A stretch of 64,000 nt of DNA from the human T2T-CHM13v2.0 reference genome, Homo sapiens (GCF_009914755.1 NC_060947.1); one strand, 5' to 3'; counted from the stretch's first letter, positions 32,068 through 44,765 are shown. The notes: a model not told the origin generated them from the sequence alone. Translations and numbers: made by a program.

Positions 32068-33162
32068 GCTAGATATCTTAAATAAAAACTAATCAGAACT
32101 TCTGGAAATAAAAGATACATTTAGAGAATTACAAAATGCATTGGAAAGCTTTAACAATAGCTTGAAGATAGGGCTTTTGAATTAACACGATCAGAAAATG
32201 CATATGAAAATAATCAAAAGAAATGAACAAAGTATCAAAAAATATGGGCTTATGTAAAATGGTCAAGCATAAAAATAATTTATTTTTCTGAAAGAGAAGA
32301 GAAAGCAATAATTTGAAAATTTGAGAGAATAATTGAGGGAAATTTTCCTGGCTTTGCTAGAAATTTAGATATCCAAATACAAGAAGCTCAATTAAATCCT
32401 TGGAGATTCATTACAAAAGTCATCACCAAGACATATAGTCATCTGTCTATCTAAAGTTAAAATTAAGAAAATAATTCTAAGAGCAGTGAGACAAAAGCAC
32501 TTGGTAACCTATAAAGAAAAACCTATCACTAACAGCAGACTTCTCAGCAGAAACCTTACAAGCCAGAAATAATTTTGCTTATATCTTTAGCCTTGTTAAA
32601 CAGAATAACTGTCAGCAAATAATTTTGTATGCAGCAAAACTAAATTCCACAAATGAAAAAGAAATAAATTAATTTTTAGACAAACAAATTCTGTGAGAAT
32701 ATGCCACTACCAAACCAGCCCTACAAGAAATGTTAGAATGATTTCTAAATCTTGAAACAAAAGCTCAATATGCACCAAAATAGAACCTCTTAAAATCACA
32801 AAACTCATGTGACCTAAAAAATAATAACATAATGAATACAAAGTAGGTAACAATTAACATGATGAATGGAACAGTGCTTCATATCTCAATATTAACATTG
32901 AATGTAAATGGCCTAAATGCTCTACATAAAAGATACAGATTATCAGAATCAATAAAAAATTATACTGAGATTGTGCCACTGCACTCTGCCTGGGCGAAAG
33001 AGCGAGACTCCATCTCAAAAAAAAAAAAAAATTATAAACCAAATATCTGCTGTCTTTAAGAGACTCAGTTAACACATAAGAATTCATATAAACTAAAAGA
33101 AAAGGTGTGAAAGAAGACATTCCATACAAGTGGAAACCAAAGTGATCAGGAGTAGCTATTCT
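32068..33162 (+). mobile_element. Old L1 ORF1/ORF2 start, continuation of 18135-20988
   Basis: ORF1 remnants; MMNGTVLHISILTLNVNGLNA ORF2 N-terminus at 32859. Confidence 0.88.
32965..33030 (+). mobile_element. Severely 5'-truncated Alu
   Basis: ctgagattgtgccactgcactc...poly-A; TSD aaaaaattata. Confidence 0.85.
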
Positions 33163-33305
33163 TTTTAAATTATTTATTTATGTTTTTAGGATTTATGTAT
33201 TTATTTATTTTTCCATAGGTTATTGGGGTACAGGTCGTATTTGGTTACATGGGTAAGTTCTTTAGTGGTGATTTGTGAGATTTTGGTGCACCCATCACCC
33301 AAGCA
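33163..33305 (-). mobile_element. L1PB1-like 3' end fragment
   Basis: tttccataggttattggggtacagg...tgcacccatcaccc. Confidence 0.85.
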
Positions 33306-33495
33306 CCTAAATGCCTAAAATTCACAGGCTATAAGAATGGTTAATCAAAAAGTAACTTTAAATAATGACTATCACAGTTTTAATAAATAATCTAGGCAAA
33401 CTATTTAAAAAATTAATTAGGTAAATGTAATTTAATAATTGAAAATAAACTTATATAATTTGGAATCTAATGTTATATTATATAATAGGCATTCA

Positions 33496-33695
33496 GCCAG
33501 GCATGGTGGCTTATGCCTGTAATCCCAGCACTTTGGGAGGCCAAGGCAGTTAGATTGCAAGAAGCCAGGAGTTTGAAACCTGGCTGGCCAACATGACATA
33601 ACCCACTCTCTACTAAAAATACAAAAATCTGACAGGCATGGTGGTGCTTGCCTGTAATCCCAATTACTTGGCAGGCTGAGGCACAAGATTCACTT
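33496..33695 (+). mobile_element. Alu, 3'-truncated
   Basis: gccaggcatggtggcttatgcc...gaggcacaagattcacttg, no tail. Confidence 0.9.
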
Positions 33696-33696
33696 G

Positions 33697-33856
33697 TGGG
33701 ATTACAGGCATAAGCCACCTGGCTCATTTTTGTATTTTTAGTAGAGACGGGGTTTCAACATATTGGCCAGGCTGGTCTTGAACTCCTGATCTCAAGTTAT
33801 CCACCTGCCTTGGCCTCTTAAAGTGCTGGGATTACAGGTGTGAGCCCATGTGCCCG
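33697..33856 (-). mobile_element. Alu, 3'-truncated, opposite orientation
   Basis: tgggattacaggc...tttagtagagacgggg...gtgagcccatgtgcccgg. Confidence 0.9.
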
Positions 33857-35512
33857 GAGCAGTTGTGTCTTTAACCAGGGCTGTTCTAAGACTTTTATAA
33901 TTCACACTTATTTTTTAACTTTGATTCTTTTTGGGCAGTTTATAATCAGCTATTAATCTCTAAAGAGTACTCTGAAATATTAATTTCTAATAAATTTAGA
34001 GATTATGCTATTGAGATATAGAGAAAAACTTTCATGACTCCCATAGAGAGCTTATGTATTCATAAGGATTGTTGATCTAATACTGAGCAAAGCAGGAGTT
34101 AATTGTATGAACTAAACAGAAGATTAAAATAATCTTTTAAGACTTCTTATTTAAAACATTTGCTGATTCTTTTTGTTTTACCTTTCAGAGTCAAGACAAA
34201 TTTCTATATTTTAAGCTATTTATGGCTTTTAACAATGAGGTAAAATATACTCTTATAAGCAAATTTTGAAACATAATTTCTTTCTCTCAACCTAATTTCT
34301 CCAAAATTTGGGAACTATTTTGTGAGTATTCTTAATTTATGACAATATAGTTGTTTGGATAAGTTCAATAAAAATCTGATTTCTTTTATAACAAGGAATA
34401 ATTGGAGACACTGGTTATTTTACCAAGGCTTTGGCTGGAATAATATATTTTCAGATTTTCTTGAGAAAATGAGGCTGACTTATAGAGCTGATAAAAACCT
34501 TGGAAGAGCTGGCAGCATCCCTTTTCCTTTACTTACCTGTGGTAAGTAAAGAATGTCAGTTAATAACAGGCCCAGGAACCCTAAGTTTTCTTGGGACCTC
34601 AAAAACAGAAGCATGTACTAAATTCACACAGGTATTGGCAGGCACAGATAAATCTTTGCCTGGGTTTGTTTCTTTTCAAAAGGTCTAGAATTTTTATTTA
34701 AAAAGTTTCAGCAAAGCCAATTTAAGAAAACAAGTGAGCCTATATGGCAAGTTATTATTCTTGCTGCACTTTATGCAAATAATCAAGCCAAGTATAATAC
34801 AACTAAAACTTATTTTACAAATAAATTGTTTTACTGTAATTTTTATCTTTAATAGAATGGGAAATTGGAGAAAGGAAAATTACCTCTCAATAATAAACTA
34901 TAATACACCTGTTATTTGATTCTAGCCTTGCCTACTGCATTTCACATTTTTATTATATTCTACAATTTTAACCAAATTGTAAAATTTTCTCTGGCTACAA
35001 ATCTTCAAAATTATGTTTTAGATATTTTTCTTCTTTCTTTACCTTTTTCTTCATTTTTCCTGATTTAAAATTACTAAAAATTAAGCTGTGCTTTTCTTAA
35101 GGCCCTGTGACCTGAAGCTAGACAATTTGAACTTCAGAGGAAAATAACAGCAGCCTATTTATGTATACATATATAAACTATTTTCATACCTTCCTACATA
35201 TATAAGTACTGATGTATGGACTTCAGAGTCACACAGTTTATATCAGTTTTCAAGCATTGTTTTTCTTTTTTACGTCTGTTATTTCCTCCATTTTTCTGTT
35301 TTCTTTCTCTCTTCCTCTCCCTACTTTTTTTGGTGAGACATGAGATTTTACAACCTACTAAAAATGAGCTTGACTAACAATGTGGTACCTTTCCATGCAA
35401 GAATAAATGCCCTAGTCATGAGAGATCAGACAAAACCCAAGACTAGAAACTAATTTTCTTCTAAAAAGCTTTCTCTTATAGATTTTATTTTTTAAAAAAG
35501 AAGGGGGAGAAA

Positions 35513-35968
35513 TGTGAAGGAAAATAAAAACTTTGGAACCTAATTCACTATGCCAACAGAAAAAAAGTTAAGCCAAAAGTTGGATTATGCAAGAAGCTGC
35601 CTTTACTTTTGTTCCTAAGCAGATAGCTACAGGTGAAAGATTAGATATCTCTACAGGTGATTACTCTATGTTCACCTTATCTTATGTAATGTGCTGATTA
35701 ACTGAGCATGAGACAAATACAAAGTTGACTATTCCTCCACCCGCTCCTTTTTCTCTTGCAACATGTGAATTACCAGACCCTCCATCTGTCTCCTCCAGCC
35801 CAATTTTTCCCTTTAAATATTGAAGCCCTCAGGCATCTTTGGAGAAAGGCACAGACCACAGACTGTTTCTTTAATTCCATGTTTATTTTTTCTGAGCATG
35901 TCCTTAACCTTGGCAAAATAAACTTCTAAATTGATTGAGACCTGCCTTGGAAATTTTTTGGTTTATAA
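35513..35968 (+). mobile_element. MER4-family LTR (MER4C-like)
   Basis: tgtgaaggaaaataaaaact start; ggcaaaataaacttctaaattgattgagacctg...ttttggttta end. Confidence 0.8.
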
Positions 35969-36151
35969 GCTTAATTAGCAATAACCTCTTCACAAATTAT
36001 CATTAATTTTATGATTGGTAAAGTAAAATAAAAATATCATGACTCTGTAAAAATATCAACATTGCACTAACTTCAAATATTTTAAAAATAGTGTTAAAAC
36101 TTTAGGACATAATAACATAGTGTTTATGTGAATGGAAATTAGCAACGTTGA

Positions 36152-36472
<321 letters not shown>

Positions 36473-36562
36473 GGATACTTGTTAAAATGGAAATAATATG
36501 GTTTTAATAATTTGTTATATAAATTGATATTAGCAAAAAGGTCTTGTTGAAAATATGCTATC

Positions 36563-36646
36563 ATGCTCAATTGGAATGATACAAAGAAGATTAGCATGGC
36601 ACTTGTAAAAGGATAACACACAAATTTGTGAAGTGTTCCATATTTT
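36563..36646 (+). pseudogene. RNU6: U6 snRNA retrocopy (5' part degenerate or deleted), fused to L1
   Basis: aattggaatgatacaaagaagattagcatggc...acacaaatttgtgaagtgttccatatttt matches the 3' three-quarters of U6 with CpG decay. Confidence 0.92.
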
Positions 36647-39305
36647 CATTGAGATTCAGGAGGATGATAAAACCCAATCCAAGGAAAATAAGAATCACAA
36701 TAAAGTAACACAGTAGCTGAAGGATGAATAGCCAGTATAAAACAGAACTTAATAGGTCAGAACTAAGTAACACAATACAAGAATTTCACAACGCAATTAC
36801 AAGTATCAACAGCAGAATAAACCAAGCTGAGGAAAGAATCTCAAGACTTGAAAAGTAGTTCTCTGAAATAAGGCAGTAAGACAAAAATAAAGAAAAAAGT
36901 ATAAAAAGGAATAAACAAAACCTCCAAGAAGTATCGGATTATGTAAAAAGACCAAATCTGCAAATCATTGGCATCCTTTAAAGGAAGGGGATGAAAGTGA
37001 AAAACGTGGATAATATATTTCAGGCTATTGTTCATGAAAACTTCCCCAATCTTGTTAGAGAGGCCAACAGTCAAATTCAGGAACTACAGAGAACTCCTGC
37101 AAGATTCTAAATAAGAAGTTCATCCTCAAGATACATAATTATCAGATTTTCCAAAGTTAAAAGAAAAAATGTAAAGACATCTAGAGAGAAAGGGCAGGTC
37201 ACCTACAAAGGAAACCCTGTCGGGCTAACAGTGGCCTCTCAGCTGAAACCCTATAAGCCAGAAGAGATTGGGGCCTATATTCAACACTCTTAAAGAAAAA
37301 ATGTTAAGACGTCTAGAGAGAAAGGGCAGGTCACCTACAAAGGAAACCCTGTCGGGCTAAGAGTGGCCTCTCAACTGAAACCCTATAAGCCAGAAGAGAT
37401 TGGGGCCTATATTCAACACTCTTAAAGAAAAAAATTTTCAACCAAGAATTTTATATCTAATCAAACTAAGTTTCCTATGTGAAGAAGAAATAAGATCATT
37501 TTCAGATAAGAAATTTGTTACCACCAGGCATACGTTACAAGAGATCTTGAAAGGAGCACTAAATATAGAAAGGAAAGACTGCTATCAGCTAATGCAAAAA
37601 CACACTTAAACACACAGACCAGTGTCACTGTTAAGCAACCACACAAACAAGCCAACATAAAAATCAGCTAACAACACAATGACAGGAACAAATTCACACC
37701 TACCAATACTAACCTTGAATATATGTGGGCTAAATGCCCCACTTAGAATGTACAGAGTGGAAAGCTGGATAAAAAAGAAAGACTCAATGATATGCTGTCC
37801 TCAAAAGACCCATGTCACACATCATGACATTCATAGGCTCAAATTAAAAAGATGAAAGAAAATATACTAAGCAAATGGAAAACAAATGAAAGCAGGGGCT
37901 ACAGTTCTAATTTCAGACGAAACAGCTTTAAAACCAACAAAGATCAGATAAGACAGAAAAAACAAAGACAAAGGCATTACATAATGATAAAGGGTTCAAT
38001 TCAGCAAGAAGACCTAACTATTCTAAATATATGCACACTCAACACAGCAGCAATCAGATTCACAAAGCAAGTTCTTAGAGACCTACCAAGAGACAAAGAG
38101 ACATAGACTCCCACACAATAATAGTGGGATACTTAAACACTCCACTGACAATATTAGACAGATTATAGAGGCAGAAAATTAACAAAGATATTCAGGACCT
38201 AAGCTTAACATTAAACCAAATGGATCTAATTGGCCTTTACAGAACTCTCCAGCCCAAATCAACAAAATATACATTCTTCCCATTGCCAAATGGCACATAC
38301 TCTAATAATGACACATAATTAGACAGAAAACAATCTCCAACAAATATAAAAGAACCAAAATCATACCAAACACACTCTTGCACTACAGTGCAAAAACAAT
38401 AGAAGTCATGACTATGAAAATTGCTCAAAACTACTATGCAATTACATGGAAATTAAACAACATGCCCCTGAATGACTTTTGGGTAAATAATGAAATTAAG
38501 GTAGAAATCAAGAAGTTCTTTTAAAATCATGAAAACAAAGATTCAAAATATCAGAATGTCTGAGATACAGGTAAGGCAGTGTTAAGAGGAAAATTTATAG
38601 TACTAAATGCCCACATCAAAAGTTAGAAAGATTTCAAATTAACAACCTAACTTCACAACTAAAATAATTAGAGAAGCAGGAATAAATCAACTGCAAAGCT
38701 ACCAGCTGACAAAAACAAATCAAAATCGGAGCTGAACTGAAGAAAATCAAGACATGAAAAAGAGTTCAAAAGATGAACAAATCCAGGAGTTGGTTTTTTG
38801 AAAAACTTAATAAATTAGATAGGTCACTAGCTAGACTAATAAAAAAGAAAAAAGAGAAGATTCAAATAAACACAATTGGAAATGTTTAATAAAATGATAC
38901 TACTCATCCCTTCCAAAAAAAAAAAAAAGATGATAACCATTATAAACTACTATGAACACCTCTACTCTCACAAACTAGAAAACCTAGAAGAGATGAATAA
39001 ATTCCCGGACACATACACTCTCCAAAGACTGAGGCAGGTAGAAATAAATTTTCTGAAAAGACCAATAACAAGCTCCGAAATTAAATCAGTAATAAATAGC
39101 CTACTAAGAAAAAAACTTGGGGCCTGATGGACAGGCTGGTACAATTCATACAGAAACTATTTCAAAACATTAAGAAGGAGTAACTCCTTTTCAACTTATT
39201 CTATGGAGCCAGCATCATCTTGATACCAAAATCTGGCAGAGGCACAACAAAAACAAAAACAAAAAACACTTCAGGCCAACATATTTGATGAACATTGATG
39301 CAAAT
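36647..39305 (+). mobile_element. Old L1PA/L1PREC-type ORF1 to ORF2 segment, lacking its 3' half
   Basis: ORF1 remnant GPIFNTLKEKNFQPRILY; EN remnant HYIMIKGSIQQED; ends at gaacattgatgcaaa. Confidence 0.9.
37160..37433 (+). repeat. 132-bp tandem duplication within L1 ORF1
   Basis: Near-identical copies starting 37160 and 37292, bounded by aaagaaaaaa microhomology. Confidence 0.92.
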
Positions 39306-39319
39306 ATATATTTTTTTTA

Positions 39320-39739
39320 CATTTAAAATGTTTTATTTGGAAAGCAATTGAGGGCATACACACAGACCAAGTGGTCTCCAGTATGTCCCAAAGAGAATGT
39401 TGGAAATTTTATTAGAAAAAGACATATTCTGTATTGTTTTGAAAGAAAGTTCATTCGCACTAGAGAAGCTTTGGGGAGATAGCAAGCTTCTTGCTAGCTC
39501 TGATTAGTGAGTGATGGTGGTAAGTAAAACCAGTGTTAGGGTCCCAGCAAGTTGTTTCAGCAGCTCCTAGGTAAAGTTGGTCTTGGGGTTACAGCAGGCC
39601 ATTTCAACAGCTGGGCTTGTAGAAGATTTAATTCTTGGATCAGGTGCTATAAGCTCCCAGGGCTTTTTCCCTGTGGCCCCTTGACTGATTTATTTGGTTA
39701 TGACAAGAATGACCCAATTTGAATAATTAACTTTCACAC
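39320..39739 (-). mobile_element. ERV1-class LTR (MER34/MER72-like), truncated at its poly(A) site
   Basis: Minus strand starts tgtgaaagttaattattcaaattgggtcattcttgtc and ends aataaaacattttaaatgt plus an A-run. Confidence 0.6.
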
Positions 39740-40249
39740 TAGCAATCCTAGTGGATATGAAATGTTGTCTCTCCCTATTTGAATTTCAGTAATGGTTAAA
39801 TTATGTTAAGCATTTTTTTTCAGGTTGTACTGTTTTTATTGTAGTTGTTATTAGAAGCACAGAGAGGTTAAGTGACTTGCCAAGAGTCTCTGCTATTTAG
39901 TTAACAATTGGGGGGTGTGATGGGGGCCTATAATCCAAGTTGGGAGAACTAACGTGGGCCATATTCCATTAGGTGACATCATCTCTCTGTAGCTGCTTCA
40001 CATTTCATTATTGTCCCCAAAGCTCACCCATGGTCTGGAGGTACATTGAAAAATTCAGCGAGGAGTTAGAGCACCTCCAATAGCTAAAATGAAGAGTCAG
40101 CACTCTGTTAGCAATTTGGCTATGGTAGAACAACTAACTGTCCCATTGATAGAATTGAATGAAAGAACACGAAAGAACTGAGGACTTCTGCTCCCATATG
40201 GTTTAGGAAAGTGTCCTTTCAACTCAGAGTAGAGCACTCAACAGAGCAT

Positions 40250-40385
40250 TTGCGGGCTTGGAGTTGATAGGTTTAGGTCCAAATTCAGGGTCAGCTATTA
40301 GTCAATTTTTGGAAACATATGTAACTTCTCTGAGCCTCCATTTCCACATTTTTGAAATGGATATAATAATAATAGTAACAGTAGT
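40250..40385 (+). mobile_element. MIR
   Basis: aacttctctgagcctccatttccacatttttgaaatggatataataatag. Confidence 0.7.
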
Positions 40386-40399
40386 AATACAGGCCCATC

Positions 40400-40692
40400 A
40401 GCCAGGCACAGTGGCTCACACTTGTAATTCCTGTACTCTGGGAGGTCAAGGTGGGTGAGTCATGAGGTCAGCAGTTCAAAACCAGCCTGGCCAACATAGT
40501 GAAACCCTGTATCTACTGAGAAATAAAAAAATTAGCTGGGTGTGTGGTGTGCAACTGTAATCTCAGCTACTGGAGAGGCTGAGGCAGGAGAATCACTTGC
40601 ACCCAGGAGGTCAAGGTTGCAGAGAACTGAGATCACGCCCCTGCACTCCAGCCTGGGTGAGAGACCAAGACTCTATGTAAAAAAAACAAAAA
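40400..40692 (+). mobile_element. Alu (AluS-type)
   Basis: Full dimer; TSD aataca(g/a)gcccatc at 40386-40399 and 40693-40706. Confidence 0.94.
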
Positions 40693-40714
40693 AATACAAG
40701 CCCATCCTGTATTC

Positions 40715-41212
40715 TTTTTTTTTTTAATTATATTTTAAGTTCTAGGGTACATGTGCACAACCTGCAGGTTTGCTGTATAGGTATACATGTGCTATGTTAG
40801 TTTGCTGCACCCATTAACTCACGATTTACATTAGGTATTTCTCCTACTGCTATCCCTTCTGAGCCATGTGTGGGATATAATCTCCTGGTGTGCCATTTTT
40901 TAAGCCCGTCGGAAAAGCGCAGTATTTGGGTGGGAGTGACCTGATTTTCCAGGTGCCTGTCTGTCACCACTTTCTTTGACTCGGAAAGGGAACTCCCTGA
41001 CTCCTTGCACTTCCCAAGTGAGGCAATGCCTCGCCCTGCTTAGGCTCGCACATGGTGCGCACACCCACTGACCTGCGCCCCCTGTCTGGCACTTCCTAGT
41101 GAGATGAACCCGGTACCTCAGATGGAAATGCAGAAATCACCCGTCTTCTGCGTCGCTCACTCTGGGAGTTGTAGACCGGAGCTGTTCCTAGTTGGCCATC
41201 TTGGCTCCTCCC
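40715..41212 (-). mobile_element. Chimeric mini-L1: ~350 bp of 5'UTR joined to the last ~145 bp of a 3'UTR
   Basis: gggaggagccaagatggcc at 41212; junction tgctatcccttc|tgagccatg at ~40858; poly-T at 40715. Confidence 0.9.
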
Positions 41213-41581
41213 TTAAATTTTTTTCTGTTTTATTGGTTTTGTGTGATTTATGCTTTAGAGGTTCTGTTTTGATGTGTTTCCAGGATTTGTTTCAAGATTT
41301 AGAGCTTCTTTTAGCAGTTCTTGTAATTGTGGTCTGGTAGTGGCAAATTCTCTCAGCATTTGTTTGTCTGAAAAGACTGTGTCTTTTCTTCATATATGAT
41401 GCTTTGTTTCACTGGATACAAGATTCTTGGCTGATAATTGTTTTGTTTTAGGAGGGTGAAAATAGGGCCAATTTTTTTTTTCTAGCTTGTAGGGTTTCTG
41501 CTGGGAAATCTGCTGTTAATGTGATAAGTTTTTCTTTATAGGTTACCTGGTGCTTTTGTCTCACAGCTCTTAAGATTCTTT
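41213..41581 (-). mobile_element. L1PB-type ORF1 fragment (continues 48651-50329)
   Basis: ggcaaattctctcagcatttgtttgtctgaaaag. Confidence 0.85.
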
Positions 41582-43068
41582 ACTGCTGGTGTCTGGCAAG
41601 ATATTCGAATAGGAACAGCTTTGGTGTTCAGTTTCCAGGAGATCAATGCAGGCAGGAGATTTCTGCATTTCCAACTGAGGTACCTGGCTCATCTCACTGG
41701 GACTGGTTAGACAGTGGGTGCAGCCCACGGAGGGCGAGCTGAAGCAGGGTGCGGTGTCATCTCACCCGGGAAGCACAAGGGGTTGGGGAACTTCCTCCAC
41801 TAGCCAAGGGAAGCCATGAGGGACTGTGCCCTGAGAAACAGTGCACTCCAGCCCAAATACTAGGCTTTTCCCATGGTCTTCACAACCTGCAGACCAGGAG
41901 ATTCCCTTGGGTGCCTATGCCACCAGGGTCCTGGGTTTCAAGCACAAAACTGGGTGGCTGCTTGGGCAGACACTGAGCTAGCTGAATGAGTTTTCTTTTC
42001 ATACCACTGTGGCACCTGGAATGCCAGCAAGACAGAACTGTTTACTGCCCTGGAAAGGGGGCTAAAGCCAGGGAGGCAAGTTGTCTAGCTCAGCAGATCC
42101 CAACCCCACAGAGCCCAGCAAGCTAAAATCCACTGGCTTGAAATTCTCCCTGTCAGCACACCAGTCTGAAGTCGATCTGTGACACTCAAGCTTGGTGGGG
42201 AGAGGGGCACCCACCATTACTGAGGCTTAAGTAGGCTGTTTTCCCCTCGCAGTGTAAACAAAGCTGGCTGGGTTCTTAGGACTGGGCAGAGCTCACCGCA
42301 GCTTCACAAAGCCCCTGTATCCAGAATGCCTCTCTAGATTCCTCTGCTCTGGGCAGGGCATCTCTGAAAGAAACGCAGCAGCCCCAGTCAGTGGCTTATA
42401 GATAAAACTCCCATCTCTCTGGGACAGAGCACCTGGGGGAAGGGGCGGTTGTGGGTACAGCTCCAGCAGACTCAAACATTCCTGCCTGCTGGCTCTGAAG
42501 AGAGCAGCAGATCTCCCAGTACAGTGCTCAAGTTCTGCTAAGAAACAGAATGCCTCCTCAAGTGGCTCCCTGACTGCTGTGCCTCCTGATTGGGAGACAC
42601 TTCCCAGCAGGGGTCAACAGGCACCTCACACAGAAGAGCTCTGGCTGGCATCTGGTGAGTGCCCCTCTGGGACGAAGCTTCCAGAGGAAGGAACAGGCAG
42701 CCATCTTTGCTTCTCTGCAGCCTCTGCTGGTGATACCCAGGCAAACAGGGTCTGGATTGGACCTCCAGCAAACCCCAGCAGACCTGCAGCAGAGGGGCCT
42801 GACTGTTAGAAGGAAAACTAACAAACAGAAAGGAATAGCATCAACATCAACAAAAACGATGTACACACAGAAACCCCATCCGAAGGTCACCAACATCAAA
42901 GACTAAAGGTAGACAAATCCACGAAGATGAGGAAAAACTAGCACAAAAAGGCTGAAAATTCCAAAAACAAGAATGCCTTTTTTCCTCCAAGGTATCACAA
43001 CTCCTCGCCAGCAAGGGAACAAAACTGGATGGAGAATGAGTTTGAGTAATTGGCAGAAATAGGTTTCA

Positions 43069-43384
43069 TGGATGAAACTGGAAACCATCATTCTCAGCAA
43101 ACTATCGCACGGACAAAAAACCAATCACCGCATGTTCTCACTCATAAGTGGGAATTGAACCATGAGAACACATGGACACAGGAAGGGGAACATCACACAA
43201 CAGGGACTGTTGTGGGGTGGGGGGAAGGGGGAGGGATAGCATTAGGAGATATACCTAATGCTAAATGACAAGTTAATGGGTGCAGCACACCAACATGGCA
43301 CATGTATACATATGTAACAAACCTGCACGTTGTGAACATGTACCCTAAAACTTAAAATATAATAATAATAAAATTAAAAAAAAA
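43069..43384 (+). mobile_element. Nested 5'-truncated L1PA 3' end
   Basis: tggatgaaactggaaacc...ccctaaaacttaaaa plus tail; TSD gaa(a/t)taggtttca. Confidence 0.93.
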
Positions 43385-43956
43385 GAATTAGGTTTCAGAA
43401 GGTGAGTAATAAAAACTCCTGCAAGCTAAAGGAGCATGTTCTAACCCAGTGCAAGGAAGCTAAGGACCATGAAAAAAGATTAGAGGAATTGCTAACCAGA
43501 ATAACCAGCTTAGAGAAGAACATAAATGACTTGAAGGGGCTGAAAAACACAACACGAGAACTTCGTGAAGCATACACAAGTATCAAGAGCTGAATCTATC
43601 AAGTGGAAGAAAGGAAATCAGACGTTGAAAGTCAACTTACTGAAATAAATCGTGAAGACAAGATTAGTGGAAAAAAAGTGAAAAGGAATGAACAAAGCCT
43701 CCAAGAAATATGGGAATATGTGAAAAGACCAAACCTACAATTGATTGGGGTCCCTGAAAGTGACGAGGAGAAAGGAACCAAGTTGGAAAACACTCTTCAG
43801 GATATTACCCAGGAGAACTTCTCCAACCTAGAAAAAGAAGCCAACATTCAAATTCAGGAAATACAGAGAACACCAGAAGGATACTCCTCGAGGAAAGCAA
43901 CCCCAAGACACATAAGGGTCAGATTCTCCAAAATTGAAATGAAGAAAAAAAATGTT

Positions 43957-44157
43957 TTTTTATTTTATTTTATTTTATTATTATTATTATACTTTAAGTT
44001 TTAGGGTACATGTGCACAATGGGCAGGTTAGTTACATATGTGTACATGTACCATGCTGGTGTGCTGCACCCATTAACTCGTCATTTAGCCTTAGGTATAT
44101 CTCCTAAATCTATCCCAAAGAACTATAAATCATGCTGCTATAAAGACACATGCACAC
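43957..44157 (-). mobile_element. Nested twin-primed (5'-inverted) L1PA fragment
   Basis: Antisense 3' end 43957-44108 plus sense ORF2 piece 44109-44157; TSD gaaaaaaaatgtt at 43944-43956 and 44158-44170. Confidence 0.9.
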
Positions 44158-44762
44158 GAAAAAAAATGTTAAGGGAAGCGAGAGAGAAAGGTCAGGTTAC
44201 CCACAAAGGGAAGCCCATCAGACTAACAGTGGATCTCTCTGCAAAAACCCTACAAGCCAGAAGAGAGTGGGGGCCAATATTCAACATTCTTGAAGAATTT
44301 TCAATCCAGAATTTCATATCCAGCAAAACTAAGCTTCATAAGTGAAGAAGAAATAAAATCCTTTCAGACAAGAAAATGTTGAGAGATTTTGTCACCACCA
44401 AGCCCACCTTACAATAGCTCCTGAAGCAAGCACTAAATATAGAAAAAAAAAAAACACTGATACCAGTCACTGGAAAAACATAACAAATTGTAAAGACCAT
44501 CGACACTATGAAGAAACTGCATCAACTAATGGGCAAAACAACCAGCTAATATCACAATGACAGGATTAAATTCACATATAGTAATATTAACCTTAAATGT
44601 AAATGGGCTAAATGCTCCAATTAGAAGACACAGACTGGCAAATTGATTGGATAAAGAGTCAAGACCCATTGGTGTGCTATATTCAGGAGACACATCTCAC
44701 ATACAAAGACACACATAGGCTCAAAATAAAGGGATGGAGAAATATTTACCAAGCAAATGGAA

Positions 44763-44765
<3 letters not shown>

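Larger units (their letters stand above)
33306..35512 (+). mobile_element. MER4-group ERV1 internal sequence (non-coding), interrupted by Alus
   Basis: AT-rich MER4-int-like motifs (ttttaccaaggctttggctggaa, gcactttatgcaaataatca); ends in polypurine tract aagaagggggagaaa before the LTR. Confidence 0.7.
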
